NCBI GenBank assembly: GCA_958296135.2
Contig: CATQHZ020000001.1
Span: 1,088,001 to 1,152,000 of the forward strand
Reading direction: 5' to 3'
Origin: an uncultured Poribacteria bacterium
GTDB lineage: Bacteria; Poribacteria; WGA-4E; WGA-3G
Length of the DNA: 64,000 nt
Shown piece by piece: positions 21,835 through 31,700 of this stretch; the first letter of the stretch is position 1; the number at the start of each line of letters is the position of its first letter. Below the pieces are notes generated by a model. The model did not search any database. It had not been told where the DNA came from and saw only the letters and a program-made list of their open reading frames with translations. Both the position numbers and the translations under genes were made by a program.

Positions 21835-22030
21835 TCCTCCTTGTTTTGGAACTCCCAGAGATTGCGAGAAGGCGTTCCATGTAGATAGGATACCACAGTT
21901 TAATTTGGCGTGTCAAGTTTTTTTTTGCGAGAAATCAGGACGATTTCAATTAAGGGCGGATATGGACATCCGTCCTTACCGTTTATATGAGAATTGAATC
22001 GTCTTGGCGAGAAACCTGCGCGAGAAAAAT

Positions 22031-22059
22031 TTGACTTTTTAATGCCGCTGTGGTATAAT
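22031..22059 (+). promoter_or_regulatory. Sigma70 promoter of the cys cluster
   Basis: TTGACT-N17-TATAAT with extended TG. Confidence 0.7.
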
Positions 22060-22100
22060 TAACGTAATCAATAGGGAGGAGTGACGCGCGCCGCAACAAA

Positions 22101-23048
22101 ATGAAAGCCAAAAACCTGACGCAGCTCATCGGGAATACCCCCACGATTCGCCTCAATGCCTTGACAGGAACGGAAGATGCTAGCATCTTCGCAAAGTTGG
22201 AGGCTTACAACCCCGGTGGCAGTATCAAAGATCGGATTAGTTATGCGATGATAATTGATGCTGAGGCGCGCGGTGTCCTGCGAAAAGGCGATACTATCGT
22301 TGAACCGACGGCTGGCAACACCGGTTTAGGGCTCTCACTTGTCGGTATTGCGCGCGGCTATCCGGTGATTTTGACGATGCCGGAGAACGTCAGTAGCGAG
22401 AAGTACGCGCTTCTCTCCGCATTCGGTGCGAGCATTAGGCTAACGCCGGAGCACGGGGGCATGGCTAGTGCTATCTGGAAGGCAGAGGAGATTGTCCGAG
22501 AGCATCCGCGGCACTATATGCCGAACCAGTTTACGAACCCTGCGAATCCGGAGGTTCACCGTCGCACTACCGCCGTGGAGATTCTCAGGGATATCGGGAC
22601 AGACATTGATTTTTTCGTTGCGGGCGTAGGCACAGGTGGTACACTGACGGGTGTCGGCGAGGTGCTAAAGGCACATTGCCCCGATGTCAAAATTATCGCG
22701 GTGGAGCCCCGCGTTTCAGCGGTGCTCTCCGGGGGTAGCCCGGGTCCCACGCGAATTGATGGGCTTGGCGCGGGCATGATTCCAGAAGTCTTAAACGTGG
22801 ACATCATCGACGATGTCATCGCAGTCCCCGAAGAGGTGGCTTATGAGATGATGAAGACGCTGTCACGCTGCGAAGGATTGCTGGTGGGGATGTCCTCCGG
22901 TGCGAACGCTCACGCCGCCTTGCAGATTGCGCAAGGACGGGGAGCCGATAAAACTGTCGTCACTATTCTGCCAGACACGGGTGAACGCTACTTCAGCCTG
23001 AGTCGCTATTTTGAGGTTGAATCGGACGTTATGGGGGCACTGCCCTAG
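22101..23048 (+). CDS. cysK: Cysteine synthase A family PLP enzyme
   Basis: KLEAYNPGGSIKDR, EPTAGNTG, GVGTGGT, PDTGERY. Confidence 0.92.
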   Translation: MKAKNLTQLIGNTPTIRLNALTGTEDASIFAKLEAYNPGGSIKDRISYAMIIDAEARGVLRKGDTIVEPTAGNTGLGLSLVGIARGYPVILTMPENVSSEKYALLSAFGASIRLTPEHGGMASAIWKAEEIVREHPRHYMPNQFTNPANPEVHRRTTAVEILRDIGTDIDFFVAGVGTGGTLTGVGEVLKAHCPDVKIIAVEPRVSAVLSGGSPGPTRIDGLGAGMIPEVLNVDIIDDVIAVPEEVAYEMMKTLSRCEGLLVGMSSGANAHAALQIAQGRGADKTVVTILPDTGERYFSLSRYFEVESDVMGALP

Positions 23049-23079
23049 AGTGGCATAGCCTTTTTTGGAGCAGGTTAAC

Positions 23080-23862
23080 ATGTCCACGCAAGAAATCAGA
23101 ACTGCTTCGACTATAGCGAACTCTGCTGTAGATGAAGCACTTCGCCAGGAAGTTCTCTTGACAGCTGAGCCGCAAGCTGTCCTTTTCTCGCTGTTTAAGC
23201 GTTTCAAGGAGCGGGCGGCGATTGTCACGAGTGGGCAGCTTTCTGGCATGGTGTTGATTCACTTGGCCGCGGAAAACCACTTGCCGTTTCGGGTTTGCAC
23301 ATTGGATACGCTGCGCCTCTTTCCGGAAACGTACGCCTTCCTTGAGCAGGTTGAAGCGCGCTACGGTATCCAAATTGAGCGGATTCAACCCGATGCACAG
23401 GAAGTCCAGCGGATGATTTCGCAACACGGGGAATACCTATTTTTTGACAGCCATGCGAAGCAGGAGCACTGCTGTAACGTTCGGAAAGTCCGGCCGATGC
23501 AACGGCTGCTGAAAACGCTGGATGTCTGGATTACGGGGCTACGGCGAGATCAGTCGGCGGAAAGAGGGAAGCTCCCGAAGGCGGAGCTCCTCTCAGCTAT
23601 GACGCACCCTATCCTGAAGGTGAGTCCGCTCATCCAATGGACGACTGAAGAGGTGTGGCAGTTTATTCGTGACAATGACATCCCGGTGAATCCGTTGCTT
23701 GAGGCAGATGCGCATGGGCATGTTTATGAATCGCTTGGGTGCATGACATGCACCACGCCTATTCGGCCGGGCGAGCCGAAACGGGCCGGACGCTGGCGTT
23801 GGCAGAACGCCGCTCCTTCCGAAGAGAACGCCAAAGAGTGTGGTTTACACTATTCTATTTAA
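23080..23862 (+). CDS. cysH: APS/PAPS reductase (Fe-S APS-reductase type)
   Basis: LDTLRLFPET, CCNVRKV, WITGLRRDQS, SLGCMTCT, RAGRW, KECGLH. Confidence 0.92.
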   Translation: MSTQEIRTASTIANSAVDEALRQEVLLTAEPQAVLFSLFKRFKERAAIVTSGQLSGMVLIHLAAENHLPFRVCTLDTLRLFPETYAFLEQVEARYGIQIERIQPDAQEVQRMISQHGEYLFFDSHAKQEHCCNVRKVRPMQRLLKTLDVWITGLRRDQSAERGKLPKAELLSAMTHPILKVSPLIQWTTEEVWQFIRDNDIPVNPLLEADAHGHVYESLGCMTCTTPIRPGEPKRAGRWRWQNAAPSEENAKECGLHYSI

Positions 23863-23956
23863 CCTTTTTTATTGTTTCTAGCGGTGGTGCAGCTGTGGCT
23901 GTGAAGCCAGCATCCGCTAGGAAATACGAACATGTCTATAGGAGAAATCTATTGCT

Positions 23957-24232
23957 ATGGCTGTAACAGTCCGTATTCCAACGCCGTTGCGTCGGTTGAC
24001 GCAAAATTTGGGAGAGGTTGCCGCCGAAGGTGCTGATATTGAAGGCATCATTGAAAACCTTGAGGCAAACTATCCGGGGATGAAGGAACGTCTCTGCGAT
24101 GAAGGCGGAAATATCCGCAGGTTTGTGAACGTCTATCTCAACGATGAGGACATCCGTTTCCTTGATGGGAAAGCCACGCCGGTCGCCGATGGCGCGGAAA
24201 TTTCGATTATTCCGGCTATTGCCGGTGGCTAG
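23957..24232 (+). CDS. MoaD/ThiS/CysO-type ubiquitin-like sulfur carrier
   Basis: VRIPTPLR...FVNVYLNDEDIRF...IIPAIAGG C-terminus. Confidence 0.92.
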   Translation: MAVTVRIPTPLRRLTQNLGEVAAEGADIEGIIENLEANYPGMKERLCDEGGNIRRFVNVYLNDEDIRFLDGKATPVADGAEISIIPAIAGG

Positions 24233-24399
24233 GGCTTACGGTTGGGGAGGGCGGATGTAGCCGTAGCATGCTGAATGCAGATTGCCGCCTCCGTCCGCCG
24301 CACCACCGCGTCCTTCTTTTTTAAAAGATACTTAATTATCAGCAACTGGTTCAGCTGCATTGAAGCAGGGCGCGAACGCCGGCGACCGGATTGCAGAAT

Positions 24400-24867
24400 A
24401 TGCTAGTTTTACAACCCGAAACCCTAGAACAGATATATGCCCATGCGCGCTCGGAGTTTCCTGAAGAATGCTGTGGGGTTATTTTGCGCGCCGAAGATGG
24501 ACAAGAATTCGTCAGGCAGTGCCGAAATATCCAAAACGCGCGGCACCAGCAAGACCCGGGTAATTACCCGCGCGACGCGCGCACGGCATATTTAATGCAC
24601 CCCGATGACCTCATTGCTGTGCATAAAGAGGCGGAGACGCAGCACCGGCCGATTCAGGCGTTCTACCATTCACATCCAAACCACGACGCCTATTTCTCTG
24701 AAAAGGATAAGGCAGATGCGTTTCTGAAGGAATGGGACATGCCTGCTTATCCGGGTGCAGCATACATCGTTATATCTGTCTACGGCGGCGAGATTCGCGC
24801 CATGAAAGCCTTCGCATGGAATGAAACAGCCGCGGATTTCATCGAAGTGCCAGTTCAAAACCGGTAG
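24400..24867 (+). CDS. M67/JAMM (Mec-like) metallopeptidase
   Basis: PEECCG, FYHSHP...YFSEKD JAMM motif. Confidence 0.9.
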   Translation: MLVLQPETLEQIYAHARSEFPEECCGVILRAEDGQEFVRQCRNIQNARHQQDPGNYPRDARTAYLMHPDDLIAVHKEAETQHRPIQAFYHSHPNHDAYFSEKDKADAFLKEWDMPAYPGAAYIVISVYGGEIRAMKAFAWNETAADFIEVPVQNR

Positions 24868-24931
24868 GTGCTGTTTCCAACCGCGTCCCCTTGTAGGCGC
24901 GCCCTCCCGGTCGCGAGAAGGAGCAACACCG

Positions 24932-25171
24932 ATGTCCTCTTTAAGGGTTCGCTTAACATTTCCACCCGAAAAAGTGACTGAGCCTATCATCTATACTATC
25001 GGGCAACAGTATCAGGTAGTCACCAACATCCGCCGCGCCAACGTCACAGAGGAAGCGGGTTGGGTGATGCTAGAATTGCTGGGGCCGACGGACGAAATCG
25101 AGCGCGCCGTGAATTACCTGAAAAACATCAACGTGCAGGTTGAACTCGTCGCGGGCGATGTCGTGCAATAA
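24932..25171 (+). CDS. Stand-alone NIL domain protein
   Basis: LTFPPEKVTEPIIY...VVTNIRRANV...GWVMLEL; AAGGAG RBS. Confidence 0.85.
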   Translation: MSSLRVRLTFPPEKVTEPIIYTIGQQYQVVTNIRRANVTEEAGWVMLELLGPTDEIERAVNYLKNINVQVELVAGDVVQ

Positions 25172-25213
25172 AATGTAGAACGGAAGGCGAAAAAAACGCC
25201 GTAGGAGAATAAA

Positions 25214-25909
25214 ATGAACCGGAAGACCTTGGGCATCGCGATAGCTATCCTCATCGCCTTCTGCGCCGGCATCTATTTCTGGGCCGAATGGCAGAAGCAG
25301 AAGTTCGATGCATCGCTACCGAAACCACCCGCTGTTGAACAACAGCAGGACACCGCTACCGACGATGTCACCGAGGATACCGCCGCCGGCCACTGGAAAC
25401 CCGACGGAGATGGAAAACCCGCCGGTCCGCATGAGGACCAAGCCGTCATACCAGACGAAAACACCTCAAACGGTGACGAATGGCTCACCATTGGCGATCC
25501 CTCCACAGGGGTAACAATTACCACCGATGTGGATATCTCCGAGCTCCTCACCGCCAGCGAAATTCAGACACTTAACGAGAAGATTCGCCGGGGAGACGTT
25601 CACCGTCACCCCGAGAAACTCTCGCAACGCGAAATAGAGTACCTGAGCCACGTCGGGATCGACCTCGCCATGGTACCACCCGACATACGGCGGCAAAGAC
25701 TGCAGGAAATAGAGAGAGAATTCTACGGGCAATACGGGCTCAAGCCACCGCCCGAAGGATACGGCTACAATTTCCATGACATGGACAAAGGCATCCTGTA
25801 CTTGGACGAAAACGGGATGCCCATCCTATCTGACGATAGAACCGGACGCGATGTCCCTTGGGCAGAAGTATCCGCGCACTTTGAAGGAGATCCCTATGTT
25901 CAGAAATAA
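25214..25909 (+). CDS. Hypothetical membrane-anchored or secreted protein
   Basis: AGGAG RBS, N-terminal hydrophobic helix, 231 aa. Confidence 0.75.
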   Translation: MNRKTLGIAIAILIAFCAGIYFWAEWQKQKFDASLPKPPAVEQQQDTATDDVTEDTAAGHWKPDGDGKPAGPHEDQAVIPDENTSNGDEWLTIGDPSTGVTITTDVDISELLTASEIQTLNEKIRRGDVHRHPEKLSQREIEYLSHVGIDLAMVPPDIRRQRLQEIEREFYGQYGLKPPPEGYGYNFHDMDKGILYLDENGMPILSDDRTGRDVPWAEVSAHFEGDPYVQK

Positions 25910-26034
25910 ACGAACTTGAAACATTCTCCTTGCCTCCCTCCTTCGCATGGAACCAGAGCTCCGAAAACTACCAGACAGGAAACATCTCGCTTGAAGAATC
26001 CATTCGCCGTGCCAGAAACTGAAAAGGGAACCCC

Positions 26035-28296
26035 ATGCAACGCTTACAAACCCGTTTATCGCAGTTTCTACCCGATTTAGGCGTTGTCCGCTCTTCTCCC
26101 CTTCAACCTTACGTCGGACTCATCACCTTCTCAGCACTTTCCCTCGCAATAGGCTGCGGGATAGTCCTCCGAAACTATCTCACTTTTGCATGGCACGATA
26201 CTTCAGGCGTAATCGGCTGGGTCCGCATTCACCAGTATCCGAAACAACAAGAATTCTTCTATTACCTACTGGCACTTATTGGCATCCCCGCGGTGATATG
26301 TCTCTACTGGCTCGGCTGGCAGCTCTATTCTCATTGGGCAGCCAAACTGACAGCGCAACCGGTCTGCCATGTGCTTAAGGCGAACGCCTTGGCATCACTG
26401 CCGTTGTGGTTCTGTTGGCTACAACTTGTCAACGTGGACGCGGCTGGGGTGGCAGGTTTATTTCTCCCCATCGGTTTATCTGTCTTGACCAAGGTTGGGT
26501 TGCTCTATAACCGCTTTCTACCCGCCTTACAACATTCGGCAGATTTGCAAATTGAGGCACCATCTGCGGGAGTAAGCGCGCCCTCCCGGTCCCGGCTTCT
26601 AGACTTCAGTCAACGTTGCGCTGAATACGTCCTCCTCCCGATTTTCGTGTACCTCCTGATGTATTCGGGGAATATTGATGGGGCGCTCGATCTGTTTCAC
26701 GAAGGCGAACGCCTCGCGCCGCTGAATGAGATGTTACGCGGCGGCATTCCGTTCCGCGATATTTACGTCCAGCACGGGCTCTTCCAGAATACCTATTTGG
26801 CAGGCGTTGGGAGTCTGCTCTTTGAACCCACCCTGATGGGTGTGCGTTTGATGGAGCACGTCTTAGCCCCACTCGGCTACGTCGCGCTCTATCTACTCGG
26901 TTTGCAAGTCTTCCGCGCGCGATGGTTAATCGCCTTTATTTGCGTCCTCATCGCCTCTGGCACCGAATTCTCCGTTTCCGCGCGGCACAGTTTGGGTTTG
27001 CTCAGTTTCGCGATGGTGGCGAATTTTCTAACGCACTTCCGTAAGAGAACCCTCCCTGTCTCCGGGATTCGTCAGCATCTCACTTTCGGATGGAAGCTCA
27101 TCGTCGCCGGTATTTTGACAAGTTTGGCATTCTGGTATAGCACCGAGATTGGGCTCTATTCCCTCGGCGGTATCGGTTTATTCCTACTGCTATTTAGTCT
27201 GCAAAACGGGATGTCACTCTCAACGCGTCCGTTACCGTTGAGCCATTACATTTGCGGGATTCTGCTCGGTTTCCTCCCGGTGAGCCTTTACTTTCTGTGG
27301 CACGGTGCATTGGATGACCTGGGCTGGAATACCTATATCCAATGCCGCTACCAAATCGCGACGTGGGGATTAGCGTTTCCTTCACTCTCAGAGACACTGG
27401 GGATTCTCACTAAGGAAGGCTGGCGGGCTTTTGTCTTAAGCGAGGGGTTTCGGTGGTATCTGCCGATTGGCGTTTTTCTCACCGTGGCAGCCCATCTCAC
27501 CTATCGGTGTCTCCGCGGCGAATTGTGGACTTCAGAAGGCGCGACGAAACTGCTCCTCTTGTTGCTCGGCGGGATAGCCTTTTTCCGGACGGCCCTCGGC
27601 AGAGCTGATGGCGGACATTTGCATTACGGTTCGACTTTCCTGTGGCTTCTCTGTTTACTGCCGCTTGAACGCGGATTTTTCGGCATGGCGCATCATCTAT
27701 TTGCGAGTGCCCTGCGTTTTGTAAGGCGGCCGCCCACTCCTATCCCGCGCCGAGGCTTAACCTCTCTGAACGCCGCATGGATACTGATACCGATAGCGAT
27801 ATTCGGCTGGTATGTCGGCGAAGTGCATCAACCGCTGGCCGGTTTTGGGGAAAAATGGCAGCGATTGCGTCAAAATCCTTTCAGTCGGCGCGTTGCATCG
27901 GCAGAATTGGCGCGCGCCGGGCGCGTTGACATCCCCGATAAGCAGGTAGAACAGCTCCAGAAAGTGGTGGCCTACATCCACGAACACACCGCGCCCGACG
28001 AAAAGATTTTTGATTTTACGAGTCAAGGTGCCTATTACTTTTTCGCGAACCGGCCGAGCGTCACCCGATTTCATCAGGTTTCGTATGCCTCAACGCCTGC
28101 GATGCAGCGAGAGGTTGTCGCAGCATTGGCACGCGATGGGACGCGGTTGGTGCTCTTCAAAACCGGCGGTTGGTTTGATGCCGTTGATGGAATTCCTGTT
28201 GAGGCGCGGCATCCTATCATCGCGGCATATCTGCGAGCCAACTACACACGGGCCGTTGACATTAACGGCACACAAATTTTATGGCGGAACCCTTAG
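26035..28296 (+). CDS. Polytopic membrane protein, possibly GT-C glycosyltransferase-like
   Basis: Many TM segments; DLFHEGE...G.IPFRDIYVQHG motif; soluble C-terminal domain. Confidence 0.6.
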   Translation: MQRLQTRLSQFLPDLGVVRSSPLQPYVGLITFSALSLAIGCGIVLRNYLTFAWHDTSGVIGWVRIHQYPKQQEFFYYLLALIGIPAVICLYWLGWQLYSHWAAKLTAQPVCHVLKANALASLPLWFCWLQLVNVDAAGVAGLFLPIGLSVLTKVGLLYNRFLPALQHSADLQIEAPSAGVSAPSRSRLLDFSQRCAEYVLLPIFVYLLMYSGNIDGALDLFHEGERLAPLNEMLRGGIPFRDIYVQHGLFQNTYLAGVGSLLFEPTLMGVRLMEHVLAPLGYVALYLLGLQVFRARWLIAFICVLIASGTEFSVSARHSLGLLSFAMVANFLTHFRKRTLPVSGIRQHLTFGWKLIVAGILTSLAFWYSTEIGLYSLGGIGLFLLLFSLQNGMSLSTRPLPLSHYICGILLGFLPVSLYFLWHGALDDLGWNTYIQCRYQIATWGLAFPSLSETLGILTKEGWRAFVLSEGFRWYLPIGVFLTVAAHLTYRCLRGELWTSEGATKLLLLLLGGIAFFRTALGRADGGHLHYGSTFLWLLCLLPLERGFFGMAHHLFASALRFVRRPPTPIPRRGLTSLNAAWILIPIAIFGWYVGEVHQPLAGFGEKWQRLRQNPFSRRVASAELARAGRVDIPDKQVEQLQKVVAYIHEHTAPDEKIFDFTSQGAYYFFANRPSVTRFHQVSYASTPAMQREVVAALARDGTRLVLFKTGGWFDAVDGIPVEARHPIIAAYLRANYTRAVDINGTQILWRNP

Positions 28297-28363
28297 CCAA
28301 GGCTTCTTTGGCACATCTGAATTTTCTTGCAATGCAATGCCAAAATATGCTATACTACAAACT

Positions 28364-31300
28364 ATGCCACTGCTCAACCTCAAACCAACGCATAAGGCAA
28401 TAACTGCCTACTACGCCGCCCTTGAAAGGTATCAACAACTCGGTGTCTCCCACGAGACCGCGGTGCGCGCCGCCTTTCAAGCCCTGCTTGAAGCATGCGC
28501 ACGACGACGGAATTGGACGCTGGTTTGTGAATACTCGCTGCGACTTCCTGAGGGTTCGCGGGGGAAACCCTCGGCAGTTAGTGACTGCCGGGCCCCCGCG
28601 CTACGGGAGCCGCGACACGCGGTGATTCGCCTTGATGGCGCGCTGCTTGATGAACATAACTTGCCGCGCGGCACTTGGGAGGCAAAAGGGGTTCACGGAG
28701 ACCTCCGCGCTGACATGAGAAAGAAATTCGAGGCAGGGTATCCACAGGACAACATCCTCTTCCAAACCCCCGAGCGTGCCATTCTCTATCAGAACGGCCG
28801 CGAGGTGCTAGACGCAGACATCACTGAGCGGGAGACGCTCGTCTCGGTGCTGGAGACGTTCTTCGCCTACGAGCGTGAGAACGCCGCCGAGTGGCACGCT
28901 GCTGTCGCCGAGTTCAAAACCAAAGTGCCCGAACTGAAACGCGAGGTGGAGGCACTCATCACGGAGCAGCACGAAACGAACGCGCGCTTCCGAACGGCCT
29001 TCGCCGATTTCTATCAACTCTGTCAAGCCGCCATCCATCCGGCGCTCTCCCGGGCTGCCGTGGAGGAAATGCTTATCCAGCACTTATTGACAGAACGCAC
29101 CTTCCGCACGGTGTTCGCCAATCCGGATTTCACGCGCCGCAATATCATCGCACGCGACATTGAGAACGTCATTGACGCGCTCACCTCTAAGGCGTTTAGT
29201 CGAGACGCATTCCTCCAAAACTTGGACAGGTTCTATCGCGCCATCGAACGCGAGGCAGCCACCCTCGTCGATTTCTCACAAAAACAGCATTTTCTGAATA
29301 CCGTCTATGAACAGTTTTTTCAGGGCGATTCTGCCGATGTTGCCGATACGCACGGCATCGTCTATACGCCGCAACCGATTGTGGATTTCATGGTGAAGAG
29401 CGTTGACGCGCTCCTCCGAACCGAGTTCGAGCGTTCCCTCTCCGACGCGGGCGTTCACCTCATCGATGCGTTTGTCGGCACCGGCAACTTTATCGTCCGG
29501 CTGATGCGCGAGCTCGACCCGCTCAAACTGACTGCAAAATACCGTTCCGAACTCTGGTGCAACGAGGTGCTCCTCTTGCCCTACTATATCGCCAGTCTCA
29601 ATATTGAACGCGAGTTTTACGACATCACGCAGCAATATCTGCCGTTTGAAGGCATTTCCCTTGTCGATACGTTCGATCTGGCGGAAGACCGGCAGTTGTC
29701 ACTCTTAACACAAGAGAACACGGCGCGCGTGGAGAAGCAGAAGGCATCGCCGATGTTTGTCGTCATCGGCAATCCGCCCTATAACGTCGGGCAGGCGGAT
29801 GAACATGACCGGAACACGAACCGCAAGTACGCGGCGCTAGACAGGTTCATCCAAGAGACGTATGCGAAGGACTCAGTAGAGACGAACAAAAAATCGCTCT
29901 ATGACCTTTACGTCAAAGCGATAAAATGGGCATCGGAACGCATCGGCGAGGAGGGCATCGTCGCTCTCGTGACAAATAACAGTTTTCTGGACGCGAAGGC
30001 GTTTGACGGCATGCGCAAACATCTCGCCCAAGATTTTGACGCGCTCTATCTCCTCGACCTGGGTGGCAATGCCCGCAAAGACACCTTAGTCTCCAATGCG
30101 AGTGTGTTCGGCATCCGCGTCGGCGTAAGCATCAACTTCTTCGTCAAAAATCCCCGTAGGCGAGCCCTCCCGGTCTCAACAGGACGCATTTTTTACTATC
30201 GCACCGACGACGCGTGGGACAAAAACCAGAAATTCGACTTCCTCGCGCAAGCCGAGCACGTCGGCAACATCCCATGGCAAACGCTTTATCCCGACGCGCG
30301 GCACACGTGGCTCACCGAAGGACTCAACAGCGAGTTCACGACGTTTATCCCGCTAGGCAGCAAAACCGCTAAACGCGCCAAAGGCGAGGTTGAAGGTGTC
30401 ATTTTCCACCTCTATAGCAACGGCGTGAAAACCAATCGCGACCCGTGGGTTTGCAACTTTAACCGAAACACACTCGCCGAAAAGGTGCAGCTGATGAGCG
30501 ATTTCTACAATTCGCAACTGCGCGAGTGGAACGGCACCGAGGACACATCCGGGCTCACGGTTGATGATTTTGTCACCTATGCGCATACAAAAATCAAGTG
30601 GACCGGAGATTTGAGGGCGAAGTTGAAGCGCGGCCGCGCCGCCGAATACGATGAAAGCAACATTCGGCACTCGCTTTACCGCCCCTTCACAAAAACGCAT
30701 CTCTACTTTGAGCGGCACTTCAATGATAGAGTGTATCGGTTTCCCGCTATCTTTCCGACGCGAGAGACAGAAGCGGAAAATCGGGTGATTTGCGTCAATG
30801 TGACGCAGGAAAGACCTTTTACTTGTCTGATGGTTAATTGTCTCCCGAACATATCCGTGGCAGGAGGTTTTGGTTCGCCGGCGCAGTGCTTCCCCTTCTA
30901 CGTTTACGATGAAGACGGCACAAACCGCCGAGAAAACATTACCGATTGGGCGTTGCAAAACTTCCGCGTGCATTACGGCGACGAGAGTATCACCAAGGAG
31001 CACATCTTCAACTATATCTATGGGCTCCTGCATCATCCCGAGTATAGCGAACGGTATGCCGCCGATCTCAAGCGTGATCTGCCGCATATCCCTTTCGTTG
31101 AAGACTTCTGGGCATTTGCGGATGCAGGCGCGCGACTTGCTGAACTCCACGTCAACTATGAGGCGCAGCCGCAATATGAACTGACATCTATCAGAACGGG
31201 CCGCGCGTTCAATTTGCGCGTGGAACGGATGAAGTTGTCCAAAGACCGGACGCAGCTCATCTATAACGCGTCGCTCACGTTAGATGGGATCCCGGCGCGG

Positions 31301-31522
31301 GCGTTGGCGTATCGGTTGGGTGGGCGTTCGGCGTTAGAGTGGGTGGTGGATCAGTATCGCGTCAAAACCTATGAGCCGAGTGAGATTGTGAACGATCCGA
31401 ACGATGCGGAGGTGCCGGAGGCTATCGTGGCACTTATCGGTTCGGTAATTACGGTGAGTTTGAAGACGGTGGAGGTTGTGGAGGGGTTGCCGGCGTTGCA
31501 GTTGGATTTGGATTTGATATGA
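28364..31522 (+). CDS. Single-polypeptide restriction-modification enzyme (nuclease + N6-adenine MTase + type ISP-like TRD, no helicase)
   Basis: RLDG...WEAK nuclease motif, GIVYTPQPIVDFMV, DAFVGTGNF, NPPY, C-terminal YRLGGRSALEWVVDQY. Confidence 0.88.
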   Translation: MPLLNLKPTHKAITAYYAALERYQQLGVSHETAVRAAFQALLEACARRRNWTLVCEYSLRLPEGSRGKPSAVSDCRAPALREPRHAVIRLDGALLDEHNLPRGTWEAKGVHGDLRADMRKKFEAGYPQDNILFQTPERAILYQNGREVLDADITERETLVSVLETFFAYERENAAEWHAAVAEFKTKVPELKREVEALITEQHETNARFRTAFADFYQLCQAAIHPALSRAAVEEMLIQHLLTERTFRTVFANPDFTRRNIIARDIENVIDALTSKAFSRDAFLQNLDRFYRAIEREAATLVDFSQKQHFLNTVYEQFFQGDSADVADTHGIVYTPQPIVDFMVKSVDALLRTEFERSLSDAGVHLIDAFVGTGNFIVRLMRELDPLKLTAKYRSELWCNEVLLLPYYIASLNIEREFYDITQQYLPFEGISLVDTFDLAEDRQLSLLTQENTARVEKQKASPMFVVIGNPPYNVGQADEHDRNTNRKYAALDRFIQETYAKDSVETNKKSLYDLYVKAIKWASERIGEEGIVALVTNNSFLDAKAFDGMRKHLAQDFDALYLLDLGGNARKDTLVSNASVFGIRVGVSINFFVKNPRRRALPVSTGRIFYYRTDDAWDKNQKFDFLAQAEHVGNIPWQTLYPDARHTWLTEGLNSEFTTFIPLGSKTAKRAKGEVEGVIFHLYSNGVKTNRDPWVCNFNRNTLAEKVQLMSDFYNSQLREWNGTEDTSGLTVDDFVTYAHTKIKWTGDLRAKLKRGRAAEYDESNIRHSLYRPFTKTHLYFERHFNDRVYRFPAIFPTRETEAENRVICVNVTQERPFTCLMVNCLPNISVAGGFGSPAQCFPFYVYDEDGTNRRENITDWALQNFRVHYGDESITKEHIFNYIYGLLHHPEYSERYAADLKRDLPHIPFVEDFWAFADAGARLAELHVNYEAQPQYELTSIRTGRAFNLRVERMKLSKDRTQLIYNASLTLDGIPARALAYRLGGRSALEWVVDQYRVKTYEPSEIVNDPNDAEVPEAIVALIGSVITVSLKTVEVVEGLPALQLDLDLI

Positions 31523-31524
31523 AG

Positions 31525-31615
31525 CATCGAGCCCCGAGGTCTCTCCTACAAGGAGAAAGCGAGACGCGGGAGGGGGTGCCTAGCGAACATTGAGACGCGG
31601 GAGGGGGCACCTACA
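31525..31615. repeat. REP-like cluster
   Basis: CGAGCCCCGAGGTCTCTCCTAC and GAGACGCGGGAGGG..CCTAC units. Confidence 0.7.
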
Positions 31616-31700
31616 AGTCATTTCAGTTTCCCTACAGCCGCGGGCGCGGGACAAATCAACGTGATTTGGTATAACTCACAAAATTAAAAGGAGTTTTCTC

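Noticed and set aside
25896-25995. Degenerate gene start MFRNKRT*NILLASLL
   Set aside because: Too short and interrupted to support a call.
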